DNA of 64,000 bases from Candidatus Limnocylindrales bacterium (lineage in GTDB: Bacteria > Chloroflexota > Limnocylindria > Limnocylindrales > CSP1-4): contig JBMFSS010000002.1 in assembly GCA_049967415.1 (NCBI GenBank), forward strand, positions 87,717 through 151,716, given 5' to 3'. Under the pieces are notes generated by a model. It searched no databases, was not told the DNA's origin, and saw only the letters and a program-made list of their open reading frames with translations. Below are positions 1-10,454 of this stretch, piece after piece (the first letter of the stretch is position 1; each line of letters starts with the position of its first letter). The position numbers and the translations under genes were made by a program.

Positions 1-1291
1 CAACCTCTGGCGATGCCGGCGTAGCCTCGGGGTGCGCGCCGCCGGGGAGGACCGCGGTCGGACTGCTCGCCAGCCGTGCCGCAAGTTCGGCCGCGATCCG
101 CGCCTCGTACTCCGCGGTATACCGGAAGGCGGCCGCCGCCAGCTGCTGTCGGGTCGGTGCACCCAGCCGCCCCTCCGCCCGCAGCTCGGCGAGGACCGCT
201 GGATAGTCCGACGGATCCGTTACGACGCCCACGCAGGCGTGATTCTTCGCGGCCGCGCGGATCAGCGTGGGGCCGCCGATGTCAATCTGCTCGACCAGCT
301 GCTCGAGCCCGGTCCCCGGCCGCGCGGCCGCCGCTGCGAACGGGTACAGGTTGACCACGACCAACTCGAAGGGATCGATTCCTTCTGCGGCCAGCTGCTC
401 GATGTGGTCCGGCCGGCGGAGATCGGCCAGCACCCCCGCCATGATCCGAGGGTGGAGCGTCTTGACCCGCCCGTCGAGCATCTCTGGGACACCCGTGACC
501 GCGGCGACGTCGGTCACCTCCAGCCCGGCCGCCCGCAGGATGCGCGCGGTGCCCTCGGTGGCGACCAGCGCAAACCCGAGCTCGGCAAGCCCCTGGGCAA
601 AGGCCTCCAGGCCAGTCCGGTCCGAGACCGAGAGCAAGGCCTGGCGTGGGCGCCCCGGCGGTGACGCCCGCCCGAGATCGAGTGCCGCCCGACCGTCAGC
701 CGTGACGGTGACCGCGCCGGCCGCCAGCAACGCGACGGCCCGCGGGAGGAGCCGGTGCTCGAGCGCCTGGAGCCGCCCGAAGAGCGACGCTTCGTCGTCT
801 CCGGGCAGAACCGCGAGCGTCTCTTGGAGGAGGATCGGGCCGCCGTCAGGCACCTCGTCGATCAGGCGGACCGTGACGCCGGTCACGCGAACCCCCGCCC
901 GGAGCGCATCGCGCACTGCTTGGGTACCGGGGAAGGCTGGCAGGAGGCTCGGATGCACCTTCAGCATGCGGCCGCGGAAGGCAGCCACCGTGGCCGGCCC
1001 AACGCTCCGCAGAAAGCCGGCCAGGGCCACGACTCGGGCGTTGGCCTCCGTCAGGGCTACGGCCACGGCCCGGTCCCACGCGTCCTCGTCGGGATGGTCT
1101 CCCGGCCGCACCACCGCGGTCGGGATCGACTGATCGCGGGCCCAATCGAGCGCCGGGCAGGGGCGATCGGCCAGGACGAGCACGACCCGCCCGCCCAACC
1201 AGCCCTCTCCTTGAGCGCGGCTAATCGCACGCAGGCTGCTGCCCCGGCCCGAGACGCAGACGGCGATGGGCACCGCGGGCCGCTCGCTCAT
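1..1291 (-). CDS. purN-purH: Phosphoribosylglycinamide formyltransferase (PurN) domain continuing in frame, with no stop, into the N-terminal (MGS-like) part of AICAR transformylase/IMP cyclohydrolase (PurH); 5'-partial at the window edge
   Basis: Minus-strand translation from the ATG at 1291..1289 reads MSERPAVPIAVCVSGRGSSLRAISRAQ...LVLADRPCPALDWARDQSIPTAVV (PurN N-terminus) and ...GRLQALEHRLLPRAVALLAAGAVTV (PurN C-terminus). It continues in the same frame as RPRQALLSVSDRTGLEAFAQGLAELGFALVATEGTARIL...IDIGGPTLIRAAAKNH, which is the PurH N-terminus with its signature motif. No in-frame stop occurs between the two domains (checked across 600-840). The ORF runs off the left edge, which is why it is missing from the ORF track. 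Confidence 0.75.
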   Translation of the reverse strand, partial: MSERPAVPIAVCVSGRGSSLRAISRAQGEGWLGGRVVLVLADRPCPALDWARDQSIPTAVVRPGDHPDEDAWDRAVAVALTEANARVVALAGFLRSVGPATVAAFRGRMLKVHPSLLPAFPGTQAVRDALRAGVRVTGVTVRLIDEVPDGGPILLQETLAVLPGDDEASLFGRLQALEHRLLPRAVALLAAGAVTVTADGRAALDLGRASPPGRPRQALLSVSDRTGLEAFAQGLAELGFALVATEGTARILRAAGLEVTDVAAVTGVPEMLDGRVKTLHPRIMAGVLADLRRPDHIEQLAAEGIDPFELVVVNLYPFAAAAARPGTGLEQLVEQIDIGGPTLIRAAAKNHACVGVVTDPSDYPAVLAELRAEGRLGAPTRQQLAAAAFRYTAEYEARIAAELAARLASSPTAVLPGGAHPEATPASPEV

Positions 1292-2598
1292 GGCGGCGCC
1301 GGGAGAAGCCACTCGAGGCGCGCCAGAATCGCCGGGACGTGGCGCAGGAAGACAGCCTCCTCGAAGCAAGCGGCCAGCGCATCGGCCGCGAGGCCGGCCG
1401 TGGCGGCATCGCCGGCCAGCACCTCGGCCAGCGGCCGGCCTTCCTCGGCTGCCCGGAGCGCGTTGCGCTGGACGATCGCATAGGCGGCCTCGCGCGAGAG
1501 GCCTGCCTGCTCCACCAACGCGAGGAGGACCCGACCCGAGGCATAGAGCCCCAGATCAGCGGCCAAGTTCGCCCGCATCCGTTCGGGGTGGACCCGGAGC
1601 CCCTCGAGCAGCGCCGTGAAGCTCGCGAGCATGTAGTCGAGCAGGATGGTGGCGTCGGGGAGGATCACCCGCTCGGCCGAGGAGTGGCTGATGTCCCGCT
1701 CATGCCAGAGCGCCTGGTTCTCAAGGGCCGCCAGGGCATAGGCCCGCAACAGGCGCGAGAGGCCCACCAGACGTTCGCTGTGGACCGGGTTGCGCTTGTG
1801 CGGCATCGCGCTCGAGCCCGCCTGCCCGGCCCGAAACGGCTCTTCGAGTTCGCCGATCTCGCTATGCGCGAGGTTGCGGATCTCGTCCGCGAAGCGTTCG
1901 ATCGAGCCCCCGGTGACAGCGAGGGCGGTGAGGAAGGCCGCGTGCCGATCGCGCTGCACGATCTGCGTACTGACCGGGTCGACCGCGAGTCCCAGGAAGG
2001 CCATCACCTCCGCCTCCAGGGTGGGATCGAGCTGGCTGTAGCTCCCGACCGGGCCCGAGAGCTTGCCGGTAGCGAGATCGGCCGCCGCGGCGCGGATCCG
2101 GGCGCGGTCCCGGTCGAGCTCGAAGGCCCAGCCGGCGAGCTTGAGGCCGAAGGTGATCGGCTCCGCGTGCACCGAATGGGTGCGCCCCAGCATGACCGTG
2201 TCGGCGTGCTCCCGGGCGCGTTGCACGACCACCCCGAGCGCGGCATCGAGGTCTGCGAGGAGCTGCTGGGCAGCCGCCTGGCACTGGAGAGCCAGGGCGG
2301 TGTCGAGCACGTCGCTGCTGGTCAGGCCCAGGTGCAGGTAGCGGCCCTCGGCGCCCACCGCCTCGGCAAGCTGGCGCACGAAGGCCACCACCTCATGGTC
2401 GGTGGTGCGCTCGAGGGTGGCGATCCGCGCGGGATCGACCCGCGCGCGGGCCGCGATCGCCTCGGCCGCCCCAGCGGGGACCTGGCCGTGGGCGGCCTGG
2501 GCCCGTACCACCGCCAGCTCGACGCGCAACATCGCTTCGACGCGCGCCTGCTCGGTCCAGATCGCGCCCATCTGGGGTCGGGTGTAGCGCGGGATCAC
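1288..2598 (-). CDS. purB: Adenylosuccinate lyase
   Basis: 436 aa. The N-terminus MIPRYTRPQMGAIWTEQAR matches the PurB start (B. subtilis MIERYSRPEMSAIW). The fumarase/aspartase-family motif GSSAMPHKRNP is present. Its stop overlaps the purN start (ATGA). Confidence 0.93.
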   Translation of the reverse strand: MIPRYTRPQMGAIWTEQARVEAMLRVELAVVRAQAAHGQVPAGAAEAIAARARVDPARIATLERTTDHEVVAFVRQLAEAVGAEGRYLHLGLTSSDVLDTALALQCQAAAQQLLADLDAALGVVVQRAREHADTVMLGRTHSVHAEPITFGLKLAGWAFELDRDRARIRAAAADLATGKLSGPVGSYSQLDPTLEAEVMAFLGLAVDPVSTQIVQRDRHAAFLTALAVTGGSIERFADEIRNLAHSEIGELEEPFRAGQAGSSAMPHKRNPVHSERLVGLSRLLRAYALAALENQALWHERDISHSSAERVILPDATILLDYMLASFTALLEGLRVHPERMRANLAADLGLYASGRVLLALVEQAGLSREAAYAIVQRNALRAAEEGRPLAEVLAGDAATAGLAADALAACFEEAVFLRHVPAILARLEWLLPAPP

Positions 2599-3998
2599 GC
2601 GAGCGGCGCTCCGTCACGGCCCGCTTTCGGCTCCGGCCCCGCGGCCGAGCCGGTGGCGGACGCCCCACTCGCCCACCACGCGCCAGGGAGCGTCGGCCCG
2701 TGGAGCGCGGGCCGGCGCGGCCGCTTGCCCCGAACGATCGTGGCGGTCCGATCCGCCCCCACGCTCACGATCGCGATCGGGGCGCCCGCCAGTTCCTCCA
2801 GTGCCTCGACATAGCGGCGGGCTGCGGCGGGCAACGCCTCGGCTCCACGCACCGCGCCCAGATCCTCGGTCCAGCCCTCAAAGGTCTCGTAGACCGGCTC
2901 GGCCCGCGCGAGGCGCTCGGCGGAAGCCGGCAGCTCCCGAACGAGCTGTCCATCGATCCGATACGCAACACAGACGCGCACCTGCGGGAGCCCCGAGAGG
3001 ATGTCGAGTTTGTTGAGCATGATGGCGCTGACGCTGTTGAGGGCCACCGCGCGGCGCAGCGGGACCGCGTCGAACCAGCCGCAGCGACGCCGACGCCCGG
3101 TGGTGGTCCCGAACTCGTGCCCCTGCTCCAGCAGGTAGCGGCCCGTGGCGTCGTTGAGCTCGGTGGGGAACGGCCCCGATCCAACCCGCGTCGCGTAGGC
3201 CTTCATCACCCCCACCACCTCATCGACCTGGAGCGGCCCGACACCACCCCCGGTGCAGGCCCCCCCGGCAATCGGGTTCGAGCTGGTGACGTACGGATAG
3301 GTGCCGTGGTCCAGATCGAGCAACGTGCCCTGGGCACCCTCCAGCAGGACGTGGCGCCCTGCCGCGAGGGCCGACTGGACCAGCCCGGTGGTATCCGCGA
3401 TGTGGGGACGGAGGCGCGCGCCCCAGTCGGTCGCGCGCTCGATCAGCGCCTCGAGCTCCACGGGGGCCAGGCCGTAGGTCTGCATCAGCACCGCGTTCTT
3501 CTCGGGCAGGACGCGCTCGAGGTGCGCCCGCAGCACGTCCGGCTCGAGCAGGTCCGCCATCCGGAGCCCGATGCGCCAGGCCCGGTCGGCGTAGGCGGGG
3601 CCGATGCCGCGACGAGTGGTCCCGATCTCCTCCCCCGCCAGGCGTGCCTCCATCGCCCCGTCGAGTGCCACGTGGTAGGGCAGGATCACGTGGGCCGCCT
3701 CGCTGACCCGGACCCGACCGGTCGCGACCCCGCGCGACTCGAGCATCGCGATCTCATCGAGGAGCGTCTGCGGGTTCACCACCACGCCGCCGCCGATGAT
3801 CGGGGTGACGTGCGGGTAGAGGACCCCGCTCGGAACCAGGTGCAGCGCGAAAACCGCTTCACCGAGCACGACCGTGTGCCCGGCGTTGTCGCCGCCCTGG
3901 TATCGGACCACCAAGTCGACCGACTCGGCGAGCAGATCGGTGGCCTTCCCCTTCCCCTCGTCGCCCCACTGGAGGCCGACCACGATCGTCACCGGCAT
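2595..3998 (-). CDS. purA: Adenylosuccinate synthetase
   Basis: The internal start MPVTIVVGLQWGDEGKGK (P-loop of PurA) is preceded by GAGGAGG. GGDNAGHTV and GIGPAYADR motifs are present. Its stop overlaps the purB GTG start (GTGA). The 82 codons upstream in the long ORF are an unsupported extension. Confidence 0.92.
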   Translation of the reverse strand: MPVTIVVGLQWGDEGKGKATDLLAESVDLVVRYQGGDNAGHTVVLGEAVFALHLVPSGVLYPHVTPIIGGGVVVNPQTLLDEIAMLESRGVATGRVRVSEAAHVILPYHVALDGAMEARLAGEEIGTTRRGIGPAYADRAWRIGLRMADLLEPDVLRAHLERVLPEKNAVLMQTYGLAPVELEALIERATDWGARLRPHIADTTGLVQSALAAGRHVLLEGAQGTLLDLDHGTYPYVTSSNPIAGGACTGGGVGPLQVDEVVGVMKAYATRVGSGPFPTELNDATGRYLLEQGHEFGTTTGRRRRCGWFDAVPLRRAVALNSVSAIMLNKLDILSGLPQVRVCVAYRIDGQLVRELPASAERLARAEPVYETFEGWTEDLGAVRGAEALPAAARRYVEALEELAGAPIAIVSVGADRTATIVRGKRPRRPALHGPTLPGAWWASGASATGSAAGPEPKAGRDGAPLA

Positions 3999-4074
3999 GT
4001 CAGGCGCCTCCTCGGAAATCGCAAGCAGCGCAGCAGCCGTGACCGCGGAGTGGGCCGCTCGCGACCATGGGCCA

Positions 4075-4767
4075 TCAGGGCCGGTGGCGGGCCCGGAGGA
4101 CCGCCAGCACGCGGCGGGGCTCAAGGCCCCGTTCGGCACAAAGGACGAGCGCATGGTATAGGAGGTCAGCGGTCTCGGCCGCAAGTGCCGCTTTGGTCTG
4201 CTCGCGATCCCCGGCGTTTTGGCTGCGGGCGGCCTCCGCGTCATCGCGGGCGGCCAGCAGCACCTCGGTTGCTTCCTCGGTCAGCTTGCGCGCCGCAGCG
4301 TCCACCCCCGCGTCAAGGAGCCGGGCCGTGTACGAACCCGCGGGCCGGTCGGCCGCCCGCTGCCCAATCGTCGCCCAGAGCGTCTCAAGCCAGGCAAATC
4401 CCTGCGGGTCCCAAGGCTGGGGCGGCAGCCGGTCAAAACAGCTGCGGGCGCCGGTATGGCAGGTGGGCCCGCTGGCCTCAGCCGTCACCAGGATGGCATC
4501 GGCGTCGCAGTCGAGCGCAAGCCCGCGCACGTTCAGTACGTTGCCGCTCGTCTCGCCCTTGCACCAGAGTCGCCCCCGGCTCCGCGAGTGGAAGTGTGCA
4601 AGGCCGGTCTCCAGCGTTGCCGCCAGCGCTTCGGCGTCCATGTACGCCAGCATCAGCACCGCCCCGTCCCCCGCGTCCCGGACCACGGCGGGAACCAGCC
4701 CGTCCGGTCCCCAACGGACCCGCGCAGGGTCGATGGCCGGGGCGATGGGCTCATCCGCGCGCATCAT
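4075..4767 (-). CDS. hisIE: Bifunctional phosphoribosyl-AMP cyclohydrolase / phosphoribosyl-ATP pyrophosphatase
   Basis: From MMRADEPI...: the HisI part has LAYMDAEAL...[16 protein letters not shown] and a CxxC...C zinc site. The C-terminal HisE (MazG-like) part has [12 protein letters not shown]...[10 protein letters not shown]. Its ATG overlaps the hisF stop (ATGA). Confidence 0.9.
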   Translation of the reverse strand: MMRADEPIAPAIDPARVRWGPDGLVPAVVRDAGDGAVLMLAYMDAEALAATLETGLAHFHSRSRGRLWCKGETSGNVLNVRGLALDCDADAILVTAEASGPTCHTGARSCFDRLPPQPWDPQGFAWLETLWATIGQRAADRPAGSYTARLLDAGVDAAARKLTEEATEVLLAARDDAEAARSQNAGDREQTKAALAAETADLLYHALVLCAERGLEPRRVLAVLRARHRP

Positions 4768-5597
4768 GCGGCCCGGGCCATCCGCACCGGGATGCCGGCT
4801 GCCGCCATGGCGTGCTTGACGGTGGCGATTCCGTGCAGGTCCCGGTGAAAGATGGATGCAGCCAGGACCGCGTCTGCCCCTCCTTCGAGGATTGCAGCCA
4901 CCAGGTCGTCCGGGCTGCCGGCTCCCCCTGACGCCACGACCGGGACCGAGACCGCCGCTGTCACCGCGCGCAGCAACGGCAGATCGTAGCCCCCGCGCGT
5001 CCCGTCCCGGTCGATGGACGTCAGGAGGATCTCGCCTGCGCCACGCGCGGCCGCCTCGGCAGCCCAGGCGACCACGTCCCGACCGGTCCCGGTTCGTCCG
5101 CCATGAACGACCACCTCCCAGTGCTGGCCTCGCGCCAGTGGCGCCGTTGCGGCGCCGCCGCGAGTCCCGCCGTCCAGGGGCGGGCCTCCGGGGTCGAGAC
5201 GCCGGGCGTCGATGGAGACCACCACGCATTGGCGGCCGAACCGTCGGGTGCAGCGATCGATCAGCGCCGGATCACCCACCGCTGCAGTGTTGATGGCGAC
5301 ACGATCGGCACCCGCCCGCAGAACCGCGCGCATGTCATCCACCGAGCGGACCCCGCCGCCGACGGTGAGGGGCACAAAAGCCCGTTTGGCCGTCCGCTCC
5401 ACCGCGTCGAGCAGGGTGCTCCGTCCTTCCACTGCGGCCGTGATGTCGAGCAAGACAATTTCGTCCGCGCCGGCCGCCGCATAGCGCGCCGCGAGCTCGG
5501 CCGGATCGCCTTCGTCCTGCAGTTCGACAAAGCGGGTTCCCTTGACAACCCGACCATCCCGCACGTCCAGACACGGGATCACCCGGCGGAGCAGCAT
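4764..5597 (-). CDS. hisF: Imidazole glycerol phosphate synthase cyclase subunit
   Basis: 277 aa; [20 protein letters not shown]...[11 protein letters not shown]...GGGVRS...ASGGAG, the classic HisF (beta/alpha)8 sequence. Confidence 0.95.
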   Translation of the reverse strand: MLLRRVIPCLDVRDGRVVKGTRFVELQDEGDPAELAARYAAAGADEIVLLDITAAVEGRSTLLDAVERTAKRAFVPLTVGGGVRSVDDMRAVLRAGADRVAINTAAVGDPALIDRCTRRFGRQCVVVSIDARRLDPGGPPLDGGTRGGAATAPLARGQHWEVVVHGGRTGTGRDVVAWAAEAAARGAGEILLTSIDRDGTRGGYDLPLLRAVTAAVSVPVVASGGAGSPDDLVAAILEGGADAVLAASIFHRDLHGIATVKHAMAAAGIPVRMARAA

Positions 5598-6331
5598 CAG
5601 GGGCTCTCCTTCCGCAGGCCGCGAACGTCCCCCGCCGCGACCTCCACCAACCCGGAACGCGCGACCAGCTGCACGACGCCGGCAAGCAGACGCACTCCAT
5701 CCGGCCCGGATTTCTCCGGATGAAACTGCAGGCCCAGCAGACGCCCCTCAGCGACCACGCTTGCGAAGCGCCCGCCATGCTCTGTCTCGGCAACCACCAC
5801 CTGGGGGTCGGCAGGGACCGGCGCGAAGGAGTGCACGAAGTACATTGGCGCGTGGTCCGGCAGGCCCGCCAGCACCGGATGCCGCCGGACCGGGTCGACC
5901 GTGTTCCAGCCGATGTGGGGCAGGCGGGGTGCGTCGGGTAACCGGCGTGTCTCGCCGGCAATCCAGCCCAGCCCCCACGACCCATCTTCCTCCGACCGTC
6001 CAAAGAGCAGCTGCATCCCAAGGCAGATCCCCAGATACCAGGCCCCGTCAGAAACCGCGGCCTCCAGCGCCGCGTCCAGGCGGGCGCGCCGCAGGCGCCG
6101 GATCGCGGGCCCCTGGGCGCCCACCCCCGGCATCACCACCAGATCGGGCCGTCCCAGTTCCCTGCCGTTCCGCGCGACTCGGACGGTGGCCCCCACCAGC
6201 CGCAACGCCTGGCCGATACTGAGCAGGTTGCCTGCCCCGTAGTCGACGAGCGTGATCGACACCGTCTCGCCGGACTCGGCCACGGATCCGCCCGCACGGC
6301 TGTCGGCAAAGGGAGGCGGCTCAGAGCGCAT
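5597..6331 (-). CDS. hisH: Imidazole glycerol phosphate synthase glutaminase subunit
   Basis: Class-I GATase: [11 protein letters not shown]...PGVGAQG...GICLGMQLL (catalytic Cys)...HSF. The chosen start MRSEPPPF (ATG 6331) overlaps the hisB 3' end by 11 nt. The exact start is uncertain, and the long N-terminal extension in the ORF track is not supported. Confidence 0.85.
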   Translation of the reverse strand: MRSEPPPFADSRAGGSVAESGETVSITLVDYGAGNLLSIGQALRLVGATVRVARNGRELGRPDLVVMPGVGAQGPAIRRLRRARLDAALEAAVSDGAWYLGICLGMQLLFGRSEEDGSWGLGWIAGETRRLPDAPRLPHIGWNTVDPVRRHPVLAGLPDHAPMYFVHSFAPVPADPQVVVAETEHGGRFASVVAEGRLLGLQFHPEKSGPDGVRLLAGVVQLVARSGLVEVAAGDVRGLRKESP

Positions 6332-6992
6332 CGCTTCCCTGCCCGGGCGCCTCGCCCAGCCGCCACTCCTCGCCCAGCCGCCCCTTCGTGGAGGCCACTC
6401 CCACCCTCCTCGGGTCCCGCGCCAGGGCCCCACGAAGGGCCCGCGCGAGGGCCTTGAAGGCCGCCTCGGCCACGTGGTGGTCGTTGGCCCCCGCCGCCTC
6501 CAGGTGGAGGGTGATTGCCGCCTCCCGCGCAAATGACTCGAGCGCGTGTGGGATCAGCTGGGTGGAGAGCGCCCCCACCCGCTCGCCGCGGAAAGCCACC
6601 CGCACCACGGCATAGGGCCGGCCGGAGCAGTCAACGGCCGCTTCCGCCAGCGCCTCATCCATTGGAACGCGCGCCTCGCCAAAGCGCTCGATCCCGACTC
6701 CATCACCGACGGCCTCTCGGACGGCGCGACCGAGGGTCAGTGCAACGTCCTCCACGCTGTGGTGCTCATCGATCTCCAGGTCGCCGGTGGCTGTGATCGC
6801 GAGATCGAAAAGCGCATGGTGCGCAAGGGCCGTCAGGAGGTGGTCGTAGAAGCCGACGCCGGTGGCGATCTGCGCCATCCCGGTTCCGTCGAGGTCCAGA
6901 ACGACCCGGACGTCGGTCTCGCGGGTGGTGCGACGCACCTCCGCACGGCGCCCGCGAGGACCGGCCCCGGGGGTTGCCGAAGCCGGGTTCAC
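6321..6992 (-). CDS. hisB: Imidazoleglycerol-phosphate dehydratase
   Basis: 223 aa; RRAEVRRTTRETDVRVVLDLDG...HH..E..H motifs of IGPD. The start codon overlaps the hisC stop. Confidence 0.9.
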   Translation of the reverse strand: MNPASATPGAGPRGRRAEVRRTTRETDVRVVLDLDGTGMAQIATGVGFYDHLLTALAHHALFDLAITATGDLEIDEHHSVEDVALTLGRAVREAVGDGVGIERFGEARVPMDEALAEAAVDCSGRPYAVVRVAFRGERVGALSTQLIPHALESFAREAAITLHLEAAGANDHHVAEAAFKALARALRGALARDPRRVGVASTKGRLGEEWRLGEAPGQGSDAL

Positions 6993-8167
6993 CGCCCTGC
7001 CTCCCGCGCACGCTCCCGCCGCGCTTGCCGGCCAGACCCGGCGCGGGGGGCGGGCTTCTCTCCGAGCGCCCTGACCAGCAGATCGTCCTGGTCGGGCGTT
7101 CGCACCGTCAGGCGCAGGAACCCACGGAGCGGCCCGCCTGCAAATCGGCGGGGCACGAGGCCGCTTCGGAGCAGCCGTTCGGCGGCCGCGTCCGCCCCCG
7201 CCGCGCCTCCTGCGTCGAGCAGGAGAAAGTTCGTCACGCTGTCGGGGACCCCCCAGCCGGCGGTCGCCAACGCGTCCCGGAGCCGCTGCCGTTCAGCCCT
7301 GATGGCAGCCACGTTGGCAGGCGCAAAGTTCGGATCGCGTAGTGCGCGGGTGGCGATCCACGCCGAGAGCACGCTCACGCTCCCCGGCGGCCGCACGCGT
7401 GCGAGGCGTGCGGCGTGCGGTGGATCAGCCAGCGCATATCCGACCCGGATCCCGGCCAGGCCGTGTGCCTTGGACAGCGTCCGCACCACCACGAGCCGCG
7501 GGAAAGCGGCCACCAGGCCAATCATGCTCTGGCCAGCGAAGTCACGATAGGCTTCGTCGACGACCACCGCGGGCCCGCCCTCCGGCAGCGCGGCGAGCCG
7601 CTGCAAGAGCCCCGGCAGCGCGTCCGGCCGCTCGGTGGTCCCGGTCGGATTGTTCGGGTCGCAGAGCCAGACGAGCGCCGCGCCCGCGGCGGCCCGCACC
7701 AACGCGTCGTGGTCCAGGCCAAACTCCGCCTCGGCCGGCCCGCGCGCCACCTCCACCACTGCCGCCCCGCGCTGGCGCGAGAGGATCGCGTACATGGCGT
7801 AGGTGGGTGGAGCGACCACGGCACGGCTCCCGGGCCTCAGCCAGGCCTTGGCCACGAGATCCAAGATCTCGTCAGCCCCCGCGCCCACCACGATGGCGCT
7901 GGGCTCGACCGCCTCCCGTGCAGCGATCGCTTCGGTCAGCTCGGCGTAGGTTGCATCGGGATACTCGTTGATGCGCTCGATCGGCGCAGCGCCCACCGCA
8001 CCGGGCAGCCAGGGCGGCCTCCGAGGCGAGGTGTTGGTGTCAAAACGGATCACCTGCTCGGGGTGCAGCTGGTAGGCCGCGGCAATCTGGGCGTCGCTCT
8101 CCTCCCATTGATATCCGGCAGCCTGATGTCTCCCATCGACGCTGGCGGCGACGCGGCTGGCACTCAC
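6989..8167 (-). CDS. hisC: Histidinol-phosphate aminotransferase
   Basis: 392 aa class-II aminotransferase with a PLP lysine context (LVVVRTLSKAHGLAGIRVGYA). It sits between hisD and hisB with 4-nt overlaps at both ends. Confidence 0.88.
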   Translation of the reverse strand: MSASRVAASVDGRHQAAGYQWEESDAQIAAAYQLHPEQVIRFDTNTSPRRPPWLPGAVGAAPIERINEYPDATYAELTEAIAAREAVEPSAIVVGAGADEILDLVAKAWLRPGSRAVVAPPTYAMYAILSRQRGAAVVEVARGPAEAEFGLDHDALVRAAAGAALVWLCDPNNPTGTTERPDALPGLLQRLAALPEGGPAVVVDEAYRDFAGQSMIGLVAAFPRLVVVRTLSKAHGLAGIRVGYALADPPHAARLARVRPPGSVSVLSAWIATRALRDPNFAPANVAAIRAERQRLRDALATAGWGVPDSVTNFLLLDAGGAAGADAAAERLLRSGLVPRRFAGGPLRGFLRLTVRTPDQDDLLVRALGEKPAPRAGSGRQARRERAREAGR

Positions 8168-9609
8168 GGTCGCGCGCTCCCGGCTCGCTGCCCTTTACTC
8201 TCGCCGGCACCCGCCCCACCGTCAGGCGACTGGGTCTCGAAGCGAATCTCGACAGCCCGACGGTGGGCCGGCAGTCCTTCGGCTTCCGCCACGGCCCCCA
8301 CCGCTGACGCGATTGACGCGAGACCGGCAGGGTCCAAAACCTGCGCCTGCATCCAGTGACCGAAGTCCGTGACCCCCAGCGGGCCCCGGACCCTGGCCAG
8401 TCGTCCGGTGGGCAGCACGTGATTGGACCCAGTGGCATAGTCACCGGCGGACTCGGGGGCCCAGGGGCCCAGGAAAACGCTTCCGGCGTGGTGAATCCGC
8501 GGGAGCAGCGCCAGGGCATCGCCGCAGGCCAGCGAGAGATGTTCGGGCGCATACTCGTTGACGAACGCGATCGCCTCGTCAATCCCGGCGGCCAGCACGA
8601 TCAGCCCGGAGGAGCGAAGCGAGGCGGCGAGAAGGCCGATGCGGCGCTGCTTGGGCAGCTGACGGTCGATCTCGAGCTGGACTCGCTCGGCAAGCTCGGT
8701 GTCGATGGTGACCAGCACGGCTGCTGAGTCAGGTCCGTGCTCGGCTTGACTCAGCAGGTCCGCGGCGACGTGCGCCGGGTTCGCCGTCTCATCCGCGAGC
8801 ACCAGGACTTCCGACGGACCGGCAGGCATGTCGATCCCGACGTCTCCGGTCACCTCGAGCTTGGCCGCCGTCACCCAGGCGTTCCCAGGACCCACAATCA
8901 GGTCGACCGGCACAACGGTTTCGGTCCCATAGGCCAGCGCCGCAATGGCCTGGGCTCCGCCGATCGCGTAGAACTCCTCGATCCCCAGCAGGCCGGCGGC
9001 ACCGAGCAGAACCGGCGAGATCCGCCCGTCACGCCCGGCAGGGCTTGCCACCGCGATCTGCCGGACACCCGCCAGGCGGGCCGGGATCACCCCCATCACC
9101 AGCGAGCTCGGGTACGCTGCCTCACCACCCGGCACGTAGATCCCGGCCCGGTCCACCGGGCGCCAGACCCGACCGACGCGGATCCCTGGCGCAACATCCA
9201 CCCACTCCTCGGGCTGGGGCACCTGCGCCCGATGGAACGTCTCGATATTCCGGATCATCAGCCGCAGCGCCTCCCGGAGCCCGGGGGCCAGACGCTCAGC
9301 CGCGCGGCACAGCACTTCGGGAGGAACGCGCAGCGGCGCCGGCGTCGCGGGCGGCGCGCCAGTCGGGATCCCCTCACTCCAGGCTCCGCCGAGGCTCGCA
9401 CCCAGCTCCCTCAACGCGGCGTCCTTTTCCGCTCGAACGCGCTCGACGACGGCGCGCGCCGGGACCCGCACCTCGGCCCCAGTCCCGGGTGATCGGGCAG
9501 TCAAGGCGCGGCGCTCGGCCGTGCTGATCGTGTCCAGGAAGACGCGCCGCAGCTGAACGTTTGCGACAGGACCGGTGCCATCCGGCCGATTTGCCTCGAT
9601 CCCGTTCAT
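8164..9609 (-). CDS. hisD: Histidinol dehydrogenase
   Basis: 481 aa; [25 protein letters not shown] and [25 protein letters not shown] motifs of HisD. Confidence 0.93.
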   Translation of the reverse strand: MNGIEANRPDGTGPVANVQLRRVFLDTISTAERRALTARSPGTGAEVRVPARAVVERVRAEKDAALRELGASLGGAWSEGIPTGAPPATPAPLRVPPEVLCRAAERLAPGLREALRLMIRNIETFHRAQVPQPEEWVDVAPGIRVGRVWRPVDRAGIYVPGGEAAYPSSLVMGVIPARLAGVRQIAVASPAGRDGRISPVLLGAAGLLGIEEFYAIGGAQAIAALAYGTETVVPVDLIVGPGNAWVTAAKLEVTGDVGIDMPAGPSEVLVLADETANPAHVAADLLSQAEHGPDSAAVLVTIDTELAERVQLEIDRQLPKQRRIGLLAASLRSSGLIVLAAGIDEAIAFVNEYAPEHLSLACGDALALLPRIHHAGSVFLGPWAPESAGDYATGSNHVLPTGRLARVRGPLGVTDFGHWMQAQVLDPAGLASIASAVGAVAEAEGLPAHRRAVEIRFETQSPDGGAGAGESKGQRAGSARP

Positions 9610-10454
9610 GGAAGGAGCAGCTCGACCGGGAGGACCAGGATCCCACTCGCACCGGCGGTACGCAGGCGGCCAAGGAGCCCCCAGACCTCGTCCGCACCCA
9701 CTACCGCATGGACCGCCACCATGCCCGGGCGGGCCAGGGGGACCACGCTGGGCGACCCCAGCCCCGGCAGCAGCGTTTCAATCTCCGGGAGAGCCCCGAT
9801 CGGTGCGTTCATCATCAAGTAACGACGCTCCCGGCCGTCAACCACCGCCCGCACCATGGTGACGACCTCATTGGCTGGACCGTCCACACCGGGGTTGGCC
9901 ACCAGGATCGCCTCGCTGGTGAGGAGCGTCCCAATCGAGCGGAGCCCGTTGACGAGCAGGGTCGAGCCAGTCGAAACCAGATCCACAATGGCGTCGGCCA
10001 CGCCCATCCGCGGCGCTACCTCTACCGCGCCGCTCAGGGGGACCAGGGTCACATCGATGCCGCGCTCGAGGAAGAAGCGGGCCGCATACGCCGGGTGCGA
10101 GGTGGCAATGCGACATCCAGCCAGATCCTCGAGTGTCTGGCCCGGCGCATCGGTGGGCACCGCGGCATCCAGCCGACAGCGCCCATAGTGAAGCGCCGCA
10201 CGCGTCTCCAGCGGGCGCCCGGACTCGGCCAGCAGGTTGGTCCCGGTGATGCCGATGTCGGCGACGCCGTCACCCACGAACTCCACCACGTCCTCGGTCC
10301 GGATGAACAGGATGTCCAACGGGAAATTGGCGCAATGACTGACCAGGGAGCGCTCGCGGGCGTCGAAGACGAGCCCCGCATCGTGGAGCAGCGCCAGAGT
10401 CGGTTCCAGCAGCCGCCCTTTGTTGGGGACCGCCAGGCGCAGCCGTGTTGTCAT
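9606..10454 (-). CDS. hisG: ATP phosphoribosyltransferase, long form
   Basis: Internal start MTTRLRLAVPNKGRL (cat at 10452-10454). 283 aa including a C-terminal regulatory domain. The upstream part of the track ORF is an Arg-rich artefact. Confidence 0.9.
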   Translation of the reverse strand: MTTRLRLAVPNKGRLLEPTLALLHDAGLVFDARERSLVSHCANFPLDILFIRTEDVVEFVGDGVADIGITGTNLLAESGRPLETRAALHYGRCRLDAAVPTDAPGQTLEDLAGCRIATSHPAYAARFFLERGIDVTLVPLSGAVEVAPRMGVADAIVDLVSTGSTLLVNGLRSIGTLLTSEAILVANPGVDGPANEVVTMVRAVVDGRERRYLMMNAPIGALPEIETLLPGLGSPSVVPLARPGMVAVHAVVGADEVWGLLGRLRTAGASGILVLPVELLLP

